This document shows, in pieces, positions 19,235 to 28,656 of a stretch of 64,000 nt of DNA (its first letter is position 1; every line of letters starts with the position of its first letter). The position numbers and the translations under genes are program-made. Below the pieces are notes generated by a model. That model saw only the letters and a program-made list of their open reading frames with translations. It did not search any database and was not told the origin of the DNA. The stretch is from an uncultured Bacteroidota bacterium (GTDB taxonomy: Bacteria > Bacteroidota > Bacteroidia > Bacteroidales > GCA-2748055): positions 98,604-162,603 of the forward strand of contig CAKZNC010000220.1 in the NCBI GenBank assembly GCA_937129385.1. The letters run 5' to 3'.

Positions 19235-19681
19235 TCAGTTATCTGATGCATGCCATTCGGCATAGGATGTTGCTGTTTCAAAGAGTTTGAGAGAGTGAAG
19301 TGCAATTTCTTCAGGAAGTTCCGGGATTAGAATGTCGGATATATGGGCCACAAGGTTTTCACATGTGGGTTGAAAATCGAATACAATGACCTTTTCATAC
19401 ATCTTGCGCACACTGTCCAGACTTTCTCCTTCAGCCTTTCTGAAAACCACAAGGCTATGGTCAAGCTCGTCAACGACATTCTTTTTCACAATGGTTTTCA
19501 GGTCTTTGAAATCCATGACCATTCCGAACTTGACCTGGTTTTCATCCGTTTCGGATATCCCCAGTATTGTTACAAACAGTCTGTACGAATGCCCGTGAAT
19601 ATTCCGGCAAGCGCCGTCGTAATTCCACAATGCATGTGCCATTTCAAAGGAAAATTCCTTTGTAACCCGGATCTTGTTCAT
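19235..19681 (-). CDS. queD: 6-carboxy-5,6,7,8-tetrahydropterin synthase (QueD/PTPS)
   Basis: FEMAHAL, CRNIHGHSY, MDFKDLK, LDH, PTCEN, ETATS; start moved to MNKIRV. Confidence 0.88.
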   Translation of the reverse strand: MNKIRVTKEFSFEMAHALWNYDGACRNIHGHSYRLFVTILGISETDENQVKFGMVMDFKDLKTIVKKNVVDELDHSLVVFRKAEGESLDSVRKMYEKVIVFDFQPTCENLVAHISDILIPELPEEIALHSLKLFETATSYAEWHASDN

Positions 19682-19692
19682 GATGATTCTGT

Positions 19693-19998
19693 TTAGTCCA
19701 CGCAAGCGCAAGCGCTTATACATTCAACCAGGTTCTTGAGGTTTTTGTTCCGGATGGTATAAATTGTATTTTTTCCTTCCCGCCTGGAGATCAATATTCC
19801 CTTATCCTTGAGTATTCCCAGGTGATGGGATGCTGTGGATTGTTCTATTTGAACCAACTCATGAATCCTGGTAACCGTAAGCTCTGCTCCTTCTGAAAGA
19901 TGCCCTAAAATTGAGAGCCGAACCGGGTGCGCTATGGCCTTCATCATATTGGCCGCATTTTCAATTTGTTCGGCATTTATATCTGTAAACTTCGCCAT
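19693..19998 (-). CDS. ArsR/SmtB family transcriptional regulator
   Basis: KAIAHPVRLSIL, EQSTASHHLGILK, RREGK; C-terminal CISACAC. Confidence 0.9.
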   Translation of the reverse strand: MAKFTDINAEQIENAANMMKAIAHPVRLSILGHLSEGAELTVTRIHELVQIEQSTASHHLGILKDKGILISRREGKNTIYTIRNKNLKNLVECISACACVD

Positions 19999-20032
19999 TT
20001 TTTTGACAGTTAGATCATAATATCTCCATATA

Positions 20033-20040
20033 CAAATATA
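20033..20040 (-). promoter_or_regulatory. -7 element TATATTTG for arsR-queD-polA
   Basis: TAnnTTTG consensus about 35 nt before the ATG. Confidence 0.6.
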
Positions 20041-20191
20041 TCAATTATTACAAGGATGGAAGTATCTATCTGTTCAGTTTTATTGGGTTTTGATACATGT
20101 TCATCAACCCATTATTCGATTCGGATCATCATTCAAGGATTTCTTCGCCCCAATAATTGGGTCTTTTCAGCCCATCACGCCAATTTATTTA

Positions 20192-20199
20192 TAAATTTG
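20192..20199 (+). promoter_or_regulatory. -7 element TAAATTTG for the polyprenyl synthetase gene
   Basis: TAnnTTTG consensus 18 nt before the ATG; supports the 20218 start. Confidence 0.6.
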
Positions 20200-20217
20200 C
20201 CGCTACAAGAGACAAAC

Positions 20218-21195
20218 ATGATGTTAAACCTGAAAGACATACGAAGACCTGTTGCGGAGGAGATGGAGGCGTTCCAAAAGACATTCCGGAGCGCAATTCA
20301 TAGCGATGTGCGCTTATTGAACATCATTTCTTCATATATATTAAAGAAAAAGGGGAAGCAAATGCGGCCGTTATTCGTTTTCCTTACAGCCAAGCTGGTT
20401 GGTGAAGTTACAGAATCTACCTACACCGCGGCATCACTGATCGAATTGATGCATACAGCCACGCTGATTCATGACGATGTGGTAGATGACTCCTATGAAC
20501 GCAGGGGTCTTTTTTCCATGAATGCCGTATGGAAATCAAAATTGTCCGTGTTGCTGGGAGATTATTTTCTTGCACGGGGCCTTTTACTTGCCACGACAAA
20601 AAAAGACCATGATCTTCTTGATATCGTGTCGGACACGGTTAAAGAGATGAGTGAGGGAGAGTTGCTTCAACTTCAAAAGTCACGTAAACTGAATATAGAT
20701 ACTGGTTCCTATTATGATGTGATCAGGAAAAAGACCGCAACATTGATCGCTTCATGCACAGCCAGCGGGGCCAAATCCGCTGGAGCTTCAACAGAAGATG
20801 TGGATGTTTTGTACGGTATGGGCTTAGATATTGGAATGGCTTTTCAAATCAAGGATGATCTGTTTGATTACCAGCCAAGGGGCATTACAGGGAAGCCTGC
20901 CGGTAACGATTTGAAAGAGAAGAAGTTTACACTCCCTCTTATATATGCACTGGAAAACAGTGACCGGTCTGACAAACGGAGCATCATGAAATTAATTCGA
21001 AACGGAAGCATGAGTCGAAACAAGATCACTCACATCGTCGATTTTGTTACTGCTCACAAAGGGTTGGAATTTGCCACTGAAAAGATGTATGAATATAAAT
21101 CGTCTGCAGAAAAGGTCCTGGATAGCTTTCCTGCTTCTGAGGCCAGGCAATCACTACAGGACCTGATTACCTTTACTGTTGAAAGAAACAGGTAA
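20218..21195 (+). CDS. ispB: Long-chain polyprenyl diphosphate synthase (IspB-like)
   Basis: GKQMRP, FARM LIHDDVVDD..RRG, KTA, SARM FQIKDDLFD; start moved to MMLNLK. Confidence 0.88.
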   Translation: MMLNLKDIRRPVAEEMEAFQKTFRSAIHSDVRLLNIISSYILKKKGKQMRPLFVFLTAKLVGEVTESTYTAASLIELMHTATLIHDDVVDDSYERRGLFSMNAVWKSKLSVLLGDYFLARGLLLATTKKDHDLLDIVSDTVKEMSEGELLQLQKSRKLNIDTGSYYDVIRKKTATLIASCTASGAKSAGASTEDVDVLYGMGLDIGMAFQIKDDLFDYQPRGITGKPAGNDLKEKKFTLPLIYALENSDRSDKRSIMKLIRNGSMSRNKITHIVDFVTAHKGLEFATEKMYEYKSSAEKVLDSFPASEARQSLQDLITFTVERNR

Positions 21196-21205
21196 ATGTC
21201 AATGC

Positions 21206-22999
21206 CTACTTATTTGAAAAGTATGCCCTGATTTTCTTTGCTTTGTTCCTGTCAAGCAGATTTGCAAGTTCATCTTCCGGGGCAATTGCAAGGGCGTCAA
21301 TCGATTTGTATTTTCTAAATAATTTTCTGATTGAACTTTCCCCTACACCCGGAATCGAATTCAGTACTGAAAGGGTCATGTCCCCCGATCTTTTAAGTCG
21401 GTGAAATTCGATTCCAAAACGATGCGCTTCATTCCTCAATTGCTGAATAAGTTTCAATGATTCAGAGTTCTTATCGATATAGAGCGGTACGGGATCGCCG
21501 GGAAAATAGATCTCTTCCAGTCTTTTAGCGATACCAATTAGTGCGATCCTGCTCTGCAGACCTAATTTTCTTATGCTTTTCATCGCGGCATTCAGTTGTC
21601 CTTTTCCACCATCAATAACGACGAGTTGCGGAAGAGACAGCTCTTCCTTTAAAAGCCTACTGTACCTCCTGTAGATCACCTCCTCCATCGAAGCATAATC
21701 ATCAGGACCCGTAACGGTTTTAATATTGAAATGCCGGTATTCTTTTTTAGCCGGACGGGCTTTTTTAAAAACGACGCATGCTGCAACAGGATTTGATCCC
21801 TGGATATTACTGTTATCAAAACACTCTATATGTTCAGGGACCTTCTCCAGTCTCAGATCCGATTTAACTTTTTGCAGGATGCGCTGAGCGGGATAGATCT
21901 TTGGGGCTTCTGACTCTTTTTTTCTTTTTTCCAGTTTATACATCCGGGCATTTCTTTGTGACAGGTCGAGCAGTTTTTTACGATCTCCTCGTTGAGGTAC
22001 GGTAATCTTGTACCAGGGGATCGCTTCGGAAAGATCCATCGGAAGAATGAGTTCCCTGGCCTCACTTCGCACTCTTTGCCTGATATCCATGATTGCAAAT
22101 GTCAGAATTTCGCTGGTTGATTCATTCAGGCGCTTTTTTAATTCTACCGTATGAGCCTGATTTACAGCGCCTTTAGTGATTTTTAAGTAGTTGACAATCG
22201 CATATTTATCTTCATCCTCGATACTGAATACATCTACATTGCTGATTGAGGGGTTAACAATGGTCGATCGTGTTTGAAATCTTTGCAGTGCTTCAATTTT
22301 GCTTTTCAGTTTTTGAGCCTCTTCAAACCTATATGCTTTTGAAAGCATATTCATTTCCCTGTTCAAAAAAGAAACAACTTCCTGCAGGTTACCTTTCAGG
22401 ATTTCATGAATTTGTCTTATTGACTCGTTATAACTCTCGGCATCCTGGAGACCTTCACATGGTCCCATGCAGTTTTCGATATGATATTCCAGGCACACCT
22501 TAAACTTTCCGGCTTCAATATTTTCCTGGCTCAGTTTATATTTGCAGGTCCGTAACGAATAGAGTTGTCTGATCAGATCCAGCAGGGTCCTTGCGGTAGC
22601 TGCTGACGTATAAGGTCCATAATAGCGTGAGCCGTCATTGATCACATTTCTCGTAAGAAAAACCCTGGGAAAGGGTTCTTTCTTAATGCATATCCACGGA
22701 AAGGTCTTGTCATCTTTTAGAAGAATGTTATACCTCGGTTGCAATTTCTTGATCAGATTATTTTCCAACAGCAATGCATCGGATTCAGAACTCACGACAA
22801 TATGCCTGATCTCAGCTATCTTCCCCACAAGTATTTTTACTTTATAACTGTCAAATGCCTTTTTTTGAAAATAGGAGGAAACACGTTTTTTCAGATCTTT
22901 GGCTTTTCCCACATACAGGATCTTGCCATTTTGATCAAAGAATTGGTATACGCCAGGCTCACCGGGCAAAGATTTTATTTTTTGCTCAAGATCCTGCAT
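21206..22999 (-). CDS. uvrC: Excinuclease ABC subunit C
   Basis: GIY-YIG PGVYQF..YVGKAKDLKKRV, ECFDNSN, IDGGKGQL, RNEAHRF, HhH GVG. Confidence 0.97.
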   Translation of the reverse strand: MQDLEQKIKSLPGEPGVYQFFDQNGKILYVGKAKDLKKRVSSYFQKKAFDSYKVKILVGKIAEIRHIVVSSESDALLLENNLIKKLQPRYNILLKDDKTFPWICIKKEPFPRVFLTRNVINDGSRYYGPYTSAATARTLLDLIRQLYSLRTCKYKLSQENIEAGKFKVCLEYHIENCMGPCEGLQDAESYNESIRQIHEILKGNLQEVVSFLNREMNMLSKAYRFEEAQKLKSKIEALQRFQTRSTIVNPSISNVDVFSIEDEDKYAIVNYLKITKGAVNQAHTVELKKRLNESTSEILTFAIMDIRQRVRSEARELILPMDLSEAIPWYKITVPQRGDRKKLLDLSQRNARMYKLEKRKKESEAPKIYPAQRILQKVKSDLRLEKVPEHIECFDNSNIQGSNPVAACVVFKKARPAKKEYRHFNIKTVTGPDDYASMEEVIYRRYSRLLKEELSLPQLVVIDGGKGQLNAAMKSIRKLGLQSRIALIGIAKRLEEIYFPGDPVPLYIDKNSESLKLIQQLRNEAHRFGIEFHRLKRSGDMTLSVLNSIPGVGESSIRKLFRKYKSIDALAIAPEDELANLLDRNKAKKIRAYFSNK

Positions 23000-24639
23000 T
23001 ACAATCGGTATTCATCAGAATCAATAAATAAAGAAGTAAAAGAAAAGTTTGATCCGTCAAATAGCCCCTGGTCACTTAGTTTGAGTTCCGGGATAACCAG
23101 CAAGGACATAAATGCAAGTGTCATGAATGGTGCTGTCAGGCCCGAGCCCAAAACTTTCGCGTTTTTCGATAACTCCTTGTATTTTTCTGCAGCTTCTTTC
23201 ACGGTTTTTACAGAGATGATTCCCGCAATCTCCAGCGGGAGTCCCAGTACTTTTTCCCCATCATGCATTGCAATTCCTCCTTTGTGGTCAATTACCCAGT
23301 TGATCGCTTCGGCAATTGCTTCATCGGAGGCTCCCACGCAAATGATGTTATGACTGTCATGTCCGATACTAGAGACAAGAGCTCCCTGTTTTAGTCCGAA
23401 TCCGTGTATAAATGCCACTGAAGGATCGCATTGCCTGTACCTGTTGACAACCACGATCTTTAATAAATCCCTCTCCGGGTCTGGAATCACAAACCCATCT
23501 TTTATCAGGGCCTTCATTGTCTTTGACTTTGTAATTAATTCTCCATCGATTGCTTCAATTGTGCGCAATAATATTCCACGTGCGCTTACTTGAAGATCCG
23601 CAGTACTTATTTTGCCTGTTTCGAAATGATTTGGGGTTCCGGATTGGACCTGATCAAAATGCGTCCTGCCTTCAGAAAAAACCTTCTCTCCGTTGATATA
23701 TGTCGCGATAATATTTCCTTGTTCAAAAGAGTCGATGAGGATAAAGTCTGCAGGATCTCCCTCGCGCAACAGACCTGTCTCCAGCTGGTAATGTTCTACT
23801 GCATTTCTGCTTGCTGCTCGCAAGACATCATACAAATTGTAGCCTTCCTTGATGGCGCGAAAGACCAGCTTATTGATATGACCCTCCAGCAAATCATCGG
23901 GATGCAAATCGTCTGTACAAAACATGATCTTACCGGGATGCGATTTAATCAATGGGCGCAACGCTTTGTAGTTTTTAGCACCACTCCCCTCTCTGATCAA
24001 AATTTTCATTCCTGCCTCGATCTTCTCTTCAGCTTCTTCCAGGGAGAAACATTCATGGTCTGTAGAAATTCCAGCGTCAACATAACGCTTCAAATCATCA
24101 CCTATAAGTCCGGGAGCATGTCCGTCCACCGGCAATCCTTTTTCCCTGGCGATCTCTATTTTTTTCAAGACCTCAGCATCATTGTGAATCACCCCTGGAA
24201 AATTCATCATTTCTGAAAGGTAGCCAATGCCCTTTCTATCGAGCAATGCGTTGATGGAGGCCACATCTATTCTTGCACCAGAGGACTCAAATCCAGTTGC
24301 CGGCACGCAACTTGGAGCGCCAAACATTATTTTCAAAGGAGTTAATTCTCCGTTTTCTATCATGAAATCAACCCCAGCCTCTCCCAATACATTTGCAATC
24401 TCATGCGGATCAGTAACCACCCCTACGGTGCCATGCTTCACCGCCTGGTAAGCAAAGGCAACAGGTGTTACCATGGAGCTTTCGATGTGCACGTGTGCAT
24501 CAATGAATCCTGGAAGCATATAAACTTCAGGGGTTGCGTCTGCCTTTTTCACAGAAGCAATCCTTCCATCTTCGATATCAACACTTGCGGGATAGATTTC
24601 CCTATTATGGATGTCGACAAAATTCGCCGTGATGATCAT
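22999..24639 (-). CDS. ade: Adenine deaminase
   Basis: PGFIDAHVHIESS, DPHEIANV, EMMNFPG, DGHAPG, TDHEC, TDD, HDSHN. Start placed at MIITAN because the track's MFHVEH extension is a translation of parS. Confidence 0.93.
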   Translation of the reverse strand: MIITANFVDIHNREIYPASVDIEDGRIASVKKADATPEVYMLPGFIDAHVHIESSMVTPVAFAYQAVKHGTVGVVTDPHEIANVLGEAGVDFMIENGELTPLKIMFGAPSCVPATGFESSGARIDVASINALLDRKGIGYLSEMMNFPGVIHNDAEVLKKIEIAREKGLPVDGHAPGLIGDDLKRYVDAGISTDHECFSLEEAEEKIEAGMKILIREGSGAKNYKALRPLIKSHPGKIMFCTDDLHPDDLLEGHINKLVFRAIKEGYNLYDVLRAASRNAVEHYQLETGLLREGDPADFILIDSFEQGNIIATYINGEKVFSEGRTHFDQVQSGTPNHFETGKISTADLQVSARGILLRTIEAIDGELITKSKTMKALIKDGFVIPDPERDLLKIVVVNRYRQCDPSVAFIHGFGLKQGALVSSIGHDSHNIICVGASDEAIAEAINWVIDHKGGIAMHDGEKVLGLPLEIAGIISVKTVKEAAEKYKELSKNAKVLGSGLTAPFMTLAFMSLLVIPELKLSDQGLFDGSNFSFTSLFIDSDEYRL

Positions 24640-24678
24640 TTTTTTGGCTTTTTTATACAGGAACTTGTTCAGCACCCC

Positions 24679-24694
24679 TGTTCCACGTGGAACA
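24679..24694. promoter_or_regulatory. parS centromere-like site 1 (ParB binding)
   Basis: Perfect 16-bp palindrome TGTTCCACGTGGAACA matching the widespread parS consensus. Confidence 0.92.
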
Positions 24695-24703
24695 TTCTTG
24701 AAA

Positions 24704-24719
24704 TGTTCCACGTGGAACA
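24704..24719. promoter_or_regulatory. parS centromere-like site 2 (ParB binding)
   Basis: Second identical TGTTCCACGTGGAACA, 9 bp from site 1 and 4 bp from the mnmG stop. Confidence 0.92.
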
Positions 24720-24723
24720 ATGA

Positions 24724-26598
24724 TTACCGACCCATGTAAACAAGCAGTACGCTTATGTCACTTGGTGAAACTCCCGAGATACGTGTTGCTTGTCCTATGG
24801 TTTCGGGTCGTTGCTTGTTCAACTTCTGTCGCGCCTCTGTGGAAAGGCTCTTGAATTTATCGTAATCGATTTTGGGTGACAGAGCAATTTCTTCCAGTCG
24901 TCCAATTTTATCCGCCATCCTCTTTTCTCTAGATATATATCCTTCATATTTGATTCCGATTTCTGTGGATTCCACAACATCAGATTGTTGTTTTTCTGAA
25001 AGACCCTCTTTCCAATTCACCACATTGAAATGGTCAATGACATCGTCAAGGTTCACCTGGGGTCTTTTTGCGACTTGCAGTAATTTGCCCTTTTCTTTTA
25101 ATGGGGTGGTTCCCCTATCGGTCAAAAACACATTCGTATCCTCTAGTTGTGCATCTTTATCTTCCAGATCTTTGATCAATCTTTCTCTCCCATGCACTTT
25201 GATTTCCATTAAATCCATCCGCTCCTTCGAGGCAAGTCCGATACCGAAGCTAAGTGGTGTGAGTCGTTCGTCTGCATTGTCTTGCCGTAGAAGGATTCGA
25301 TATTCTGCACGTGAAGTAAACATCCTGTAAGGTTCGTCCACCCCTTTGTTGATCAAATCATCGATCAATACCCCAATGTATGCCTGGTCTCTACCGAGAA
25401 TAAACTGATTGCCTTGTTGTCTGTTCATGTGTGCATTGATCCCGGCAATGATGCCCTGCGCGGCAGCTTCTTCATACCCGGTTGTTCCATTGATCTGTCC
25501 CGCAAAATAGAGATTTTGAATTCCTCGCGTTTCCAGGGTATGCTTCAATTGTGTGGGAGGATAATAGTCATACTCTATTGCATAACCGGGACGGAATATT
25601 TTCACCTCTTCCAAACCGGGAACCTTCCTGAGCGCTTTGAGCTGAACTTCCCAGGGTAAAGAAGATGAAAATCCATTTATATAGTATTCTACTGTGCTGT
25701 GACCCTCTGGTTCCAGGAATAGCTGGTGTTGTTCCTTGGCAGCAAAAGTAACGATCTTGTCTTCTATGCTTGGACAATATCTTGGCCCTATACCGTCAAT
25801 GGTTCCGTTAAATAACGGGCTTGTCTTGAAACCTTTTTCCAGTTCAGCATGAACGTCTGGATTTGTATATGAGATATAGCAGCTTTTGTGATTACTGTAA
25901 TCGGTTGTATACTTGAGGAAGCTGAATTTTCTTTCTTCTGTGTCTCCCGGTTGTTCCACCATTTTTGAAAAATCGATACTACGTCCATCAATCCTGGCAG
26001 GTGTCCCTGTCTTCATTCTCCCCACTTCAAAACCATGCTCAGCGAGTTGTTCACTTAGTCCTCCAGAAGGAGCTTCACCCATACGACCTCCGCGCAATTT
26101 CACATCTCCGATATGCATGAGACCATTTATAAACGTACCGGCGGTAAGTATAACACTCTTCCCCATGAAAACGACTCCCATTCCGGTTTTAACACCCTCA
26201 ACTTTACCTCCATTCATTACCAGGCTTGTGACTTTATCCTGCCAGAAATCCAAACCGTCTATTGACTCCAGCACCTTTCTCCACTCAAGCGTAAACAAAG
26301 ATCTGTCACATTGCGCACGGGGACTCCACATTGCGGGTCCCTTTGAGCGGTTTAGCATTCGAAACTGAATCATTGACCGATCAGTTATAACACCAGAATA
26401 TCCACCCAAGGCATCTATTTCCCTGACAATCTGACCCTTTGCAATACCGCCCATAGCTGGATTACAGGACATTTGGGCAAACTTTGTCATGTCCATGGTA
26501 ATCAGAAGCGTTCTGCTACCCAGGTTTGCTGCTGCAGATGCTGCCTCACAGCCTGCATGGCCTCCTCCAACTACAATAACATCATACTCCTTTTCCAT
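24724..26598 (-). CDS. mnmG: tRNA uridine 5-carboxymethylaminomethyl modification enzyme MnmG (GidA)
   Basis: VVGGGHAGCEAA, MSCNPAMGG, GPRYCPSIEDK, GQINGTTGYEEAAAQG, EPYRMFTSRAEYR. Confidence 0.98.
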   Translation of the reverse strand: MEKEYDVIVVGGGHAGCEAASAAANLGSRTLLITMDMTKFAQMSCNPAMGGIAKGQIVREIDALGGYSGVITDRSMIQFRMLNRSKGPAMWSPRAQCDRSLFTLEWRKVLESIDGLDFWQDKVTSLVMNGGKVEGVKTGMGVVFMGKSVILTAGTFINGLMHIGDVKLRGGRMGEAPSGGLSEQLAEHGFEVGRMKTGTPARIDGRSIDFSKMVEQPGDTEERKFSFLKYTTDYSNHKSCYISYTNPDVHAELEKGFKTSPLFNGTIDGIGPRYCPSIEDKIVTFAAKEQHQLFLEPEGHSTVEYYINGFSSSLPWEVQLKALRKVPGLEEVKIFRPGYAIEYDYYPPTQLKHTLETRGIQNLYFAGQINGTTGYEEAAAQGIIAGINAHMNRQQGNQFILGRDQAYIGVLIDDLINKGVDEPYRMFTSRAEYRILLRQDNADERLTPLSFGIGLASKERMDLMEIKVHGRERLIKDLEDKDAQLEDTNVFLTDRGTTPLKEKGKLLQVAKRPQVNLDDVIDHFNVVNWKEGLSEKQQSDVVESTEIGIKYEGYISREKRMADKIGRLEEIALSPKIDYDKFKSLSTEARQKLNKQRPETIGQATRISGVSPSDISVLLVYMGR

Positions 26599-27022
26599 TA
26601 CGTAATTCACTCAATCTAGTCAAAGCATTATTTTCGGCGGAACGCATCTCCTTTCTTTGCCTGTCGTTGTCATCGTTTAATCCCAGCAAATGCAACACAC
26701 CATGGATCATAACCCTGCAAATTTCAGATTCAAAGTCAATATCCAATTCCCCTGCATTATATTCCACCTGTTCAGCGCTCACAAAGATATCACCTGAAAT
26801 GATACCTCCTTCGTTATAGTTAAAAGTTATAACGTCTGTAAAGTAGTTGTGGTTTAAAAATTTTCTGTTAAGATCAAGCAGGTAGCTGTTGGAAGAAAAT
26901 ATAATTGAAAGCTCACCGACCTTTTTATGATAGCCATTTACTGTCGCTTCCACCCATTTGCTGTACAGATTCGCATCATCCAATCTGAAATCAATATCAG
27001 CAACATGAAAATTTATCGGCAC
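26582..27022 (-). CDS. ybeY: rRNA maturation endoribonuclease YbeY
   Basis: TDVITF, GDIFVS, HGVLHLLG. Confidence 0.92.
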   Translation of the reverse strand: MPINFHVADIDFRLDDANLYSKWVEATVNGYHKKVGELSIIFSSNSYLLDLNRKFLNHNYFTDVITFNYNEGGIISGDIFVSAEQVEYNAGELDIDFESEICRVMIHGVLHLLGLNDDNDRQRKEMRSAENNALTRLSELRNGKGV

Positions 27023-27417
27023 TAGACCTTGAACTTAAGTTCAACAATTCTCCCCTCATCGTAAAATACAATGTCGTCAGAGAGCCTTTTCATTAAAAAA
27101 ATACCCCTTCCATTGATCTTCTCAATATTTTCTGGTGAGGTTGGATCAGGTACAGTCGAATAATCAAAGCCACTTCCCTGGTCTGCGATTTTTATTACAA
27201 GACTGTTTTCATCTTTCAAAATCTCAACTTTAACCTGTTTTTCCGGATCCGACTTATTCCCATGCACGATAGCATTGTTGGTGGCCTCCATTGTGGCAAC
27301 CAACACATTGCCATACACTTCATCACTCAAATCAAGTTCGAGCGACATATCATCAATGATCTTTTCAACGATACGAAGGTTTTCAGCATCTGAAGATATT
27401 TCAATATCTTTTCTCAT
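27022..27417 (-). CDS. RsbW-like anti-sigma factor / HATPase_c_2 Ser kinase
   Basis: EATNNAIVHGN, DQGSGFD, GRGIFLM. Confidence 0.85.
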   Translation of the reverse strand: MRKDIEISSDAENLRIVEKIIDDMSLELDLSDEVYGNVLVATMEATNNAIVHGNKSDPEKQVKVEILKDENSLVIKIADQGSGFDYSTVPDPTSPENIEKINGRGIFLMKRLSDDIVFYDEGRIVELKFKV

Positions 27418-27468
27418 GGCAATAAAATCGAGCTTACTTATACGGAATTTGTCTATAAAAGTTACATT

Positions 27469-28656
27469 CTATTTGCTTAACCATTTCGAGGGATCGAGAA
27501 TTTCCTTTGATTTCCATACCTGGAACTGCAGTTCCGTAATACCATCCTCTGCATTGGAATGAACTGTTCCAATTTCCTGCTTTGTTACCACCTTGTCTCC
27601 TGCCTTAACTTTTAGCTCGACAAGGTTTTGATAAACCGAAAGGTATTCTCCATGCCGTATGATCACTGCATAATTTGCTCCAAGAATTGCGAATACGCTT
27701 GTTACCTCTCCGTCAAAGACAGCCCTGGCGGTTGTGCCGGGGTTTGTGGAAATATCAATTCCATTATTGCTGATCTTTACGCCAGATAAGACAGGATGAT
27801 CGATCAATCCAAATTCGGCGGTTACCACTCCCCTGTCAACAGGCCAGGGTAGTCTGCCCTTATTTTGCAGAAAATTGCTGCCGACCAGTTTTTGCTCGGG
27901 AGTTAATGAGGTGATCACACTATTCCCAGAAGTTCTTCTTGTCTCCTCTTCAATCATTTTACGGATCTTCTCTTCCAATTCTTTCCTGATCCTCTCTTTC
28001 TCTTCAATTTCTTTTCTAATTCTTTTTTCGTCCTGCGCCAACTGGCGGATCATATTGTTTCGTTGTGACCTTTCTCTAACCAGGCTCCTGTTCTCCTTCT
28101 CTTTTGATTCAAGCAGTGATGCCTTCTCATTCCTTGCCCTTAGTAGCTCATCAGTTCTGGCCTCCTGCCTTGAAAGCAGTATCTTCAGCTCTTCGACTTT
28201 ACGTTCTCTGTAATCAGTCAGATATTTCAAATATTTAAGGCGCTGATAGAATTGATTCAGGTCTTCGCTTGCAAGCAGGAACATCATCTTTTCCTCTTCA
28301 GTATGATTGATGTAAACAGACCTTAATATATGCGCATACTCTTGCTTACCAGTTGAAATGTCGTTTTGAAGACCCTGGATCTCATCCTCAAGGATGTCTA
28401 TCTGAACGTCCATCTCATCAATTTCCCTGACAATCGTAGAAATCAAAGTCTCCCTCGATTTTATCCCACGATTCAAAACAGCAACGCGTCTGATCGAACT
28501 TCTTTTTTTATCCTGTGTCTGATCCAGCAGCTCACGAGCCATTTCAATTTCCTTCAGAGTGGAGACCTTTCTTTTTTCCAGCTCCTCCTTGTCCTGTGCC
28601 ATTACTGGCAGGCTTACAAGTCCGATTAAACATATGTAAAACAGGAATTTCATCAT
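27469..28656 (-). CDS. envC: Murein hydrolase activator EnvC family (coiled coil + degenerate M23)
   Basis: Signal peptide, long coiled coil, KGRLPWPV, NNGIDI, IIRHG, LQFQVW (metal ligands degenerate). Confidence 0.85.
   Translation of the reverse strand: MMKFLFYICLIGLVSLPVMAQDKEELEKRKVSTLKEIEMARELLDQTQDKKRSSIRRVAVLNRGIKSRETLISTIVREIDEMDVQIDILEDEIQGLQNDISTGKQEYAHILRSVYINHTEEEKMMFLLASEDLNQFYQRLKYLKYLTDYRERKVEELKILLSRQEARTDELLRARNEKASLLESKEKENRSLVRERSQRNNMIRQLAQDEKRIRKEIEEKERIRKELEEKIRKMIEEETRRTSGNSVITSLTPEQKLVGSNFLQNKGRLPWPVDRGVVTAEFGLIDHPVLSGVKISNNGIDISTNPGTTARAVFDGEVTSVFAILGANYAVIIRHGEYLSVYQNLVELKVKAGDKVVTKQEIGTVHSNAEDGITELQFQVWKSKEILDPSKWLSK

Noticed and set aside
24640-24720. 27-aa N-terminal extension MFHVEHFKNVPRGT... 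on adenine deaminase, and the + strand ORF ending MFHVEQ
   Set aside because: Both are translations of the two parS palindromes; Ade homology starts at MIITAN (24639).
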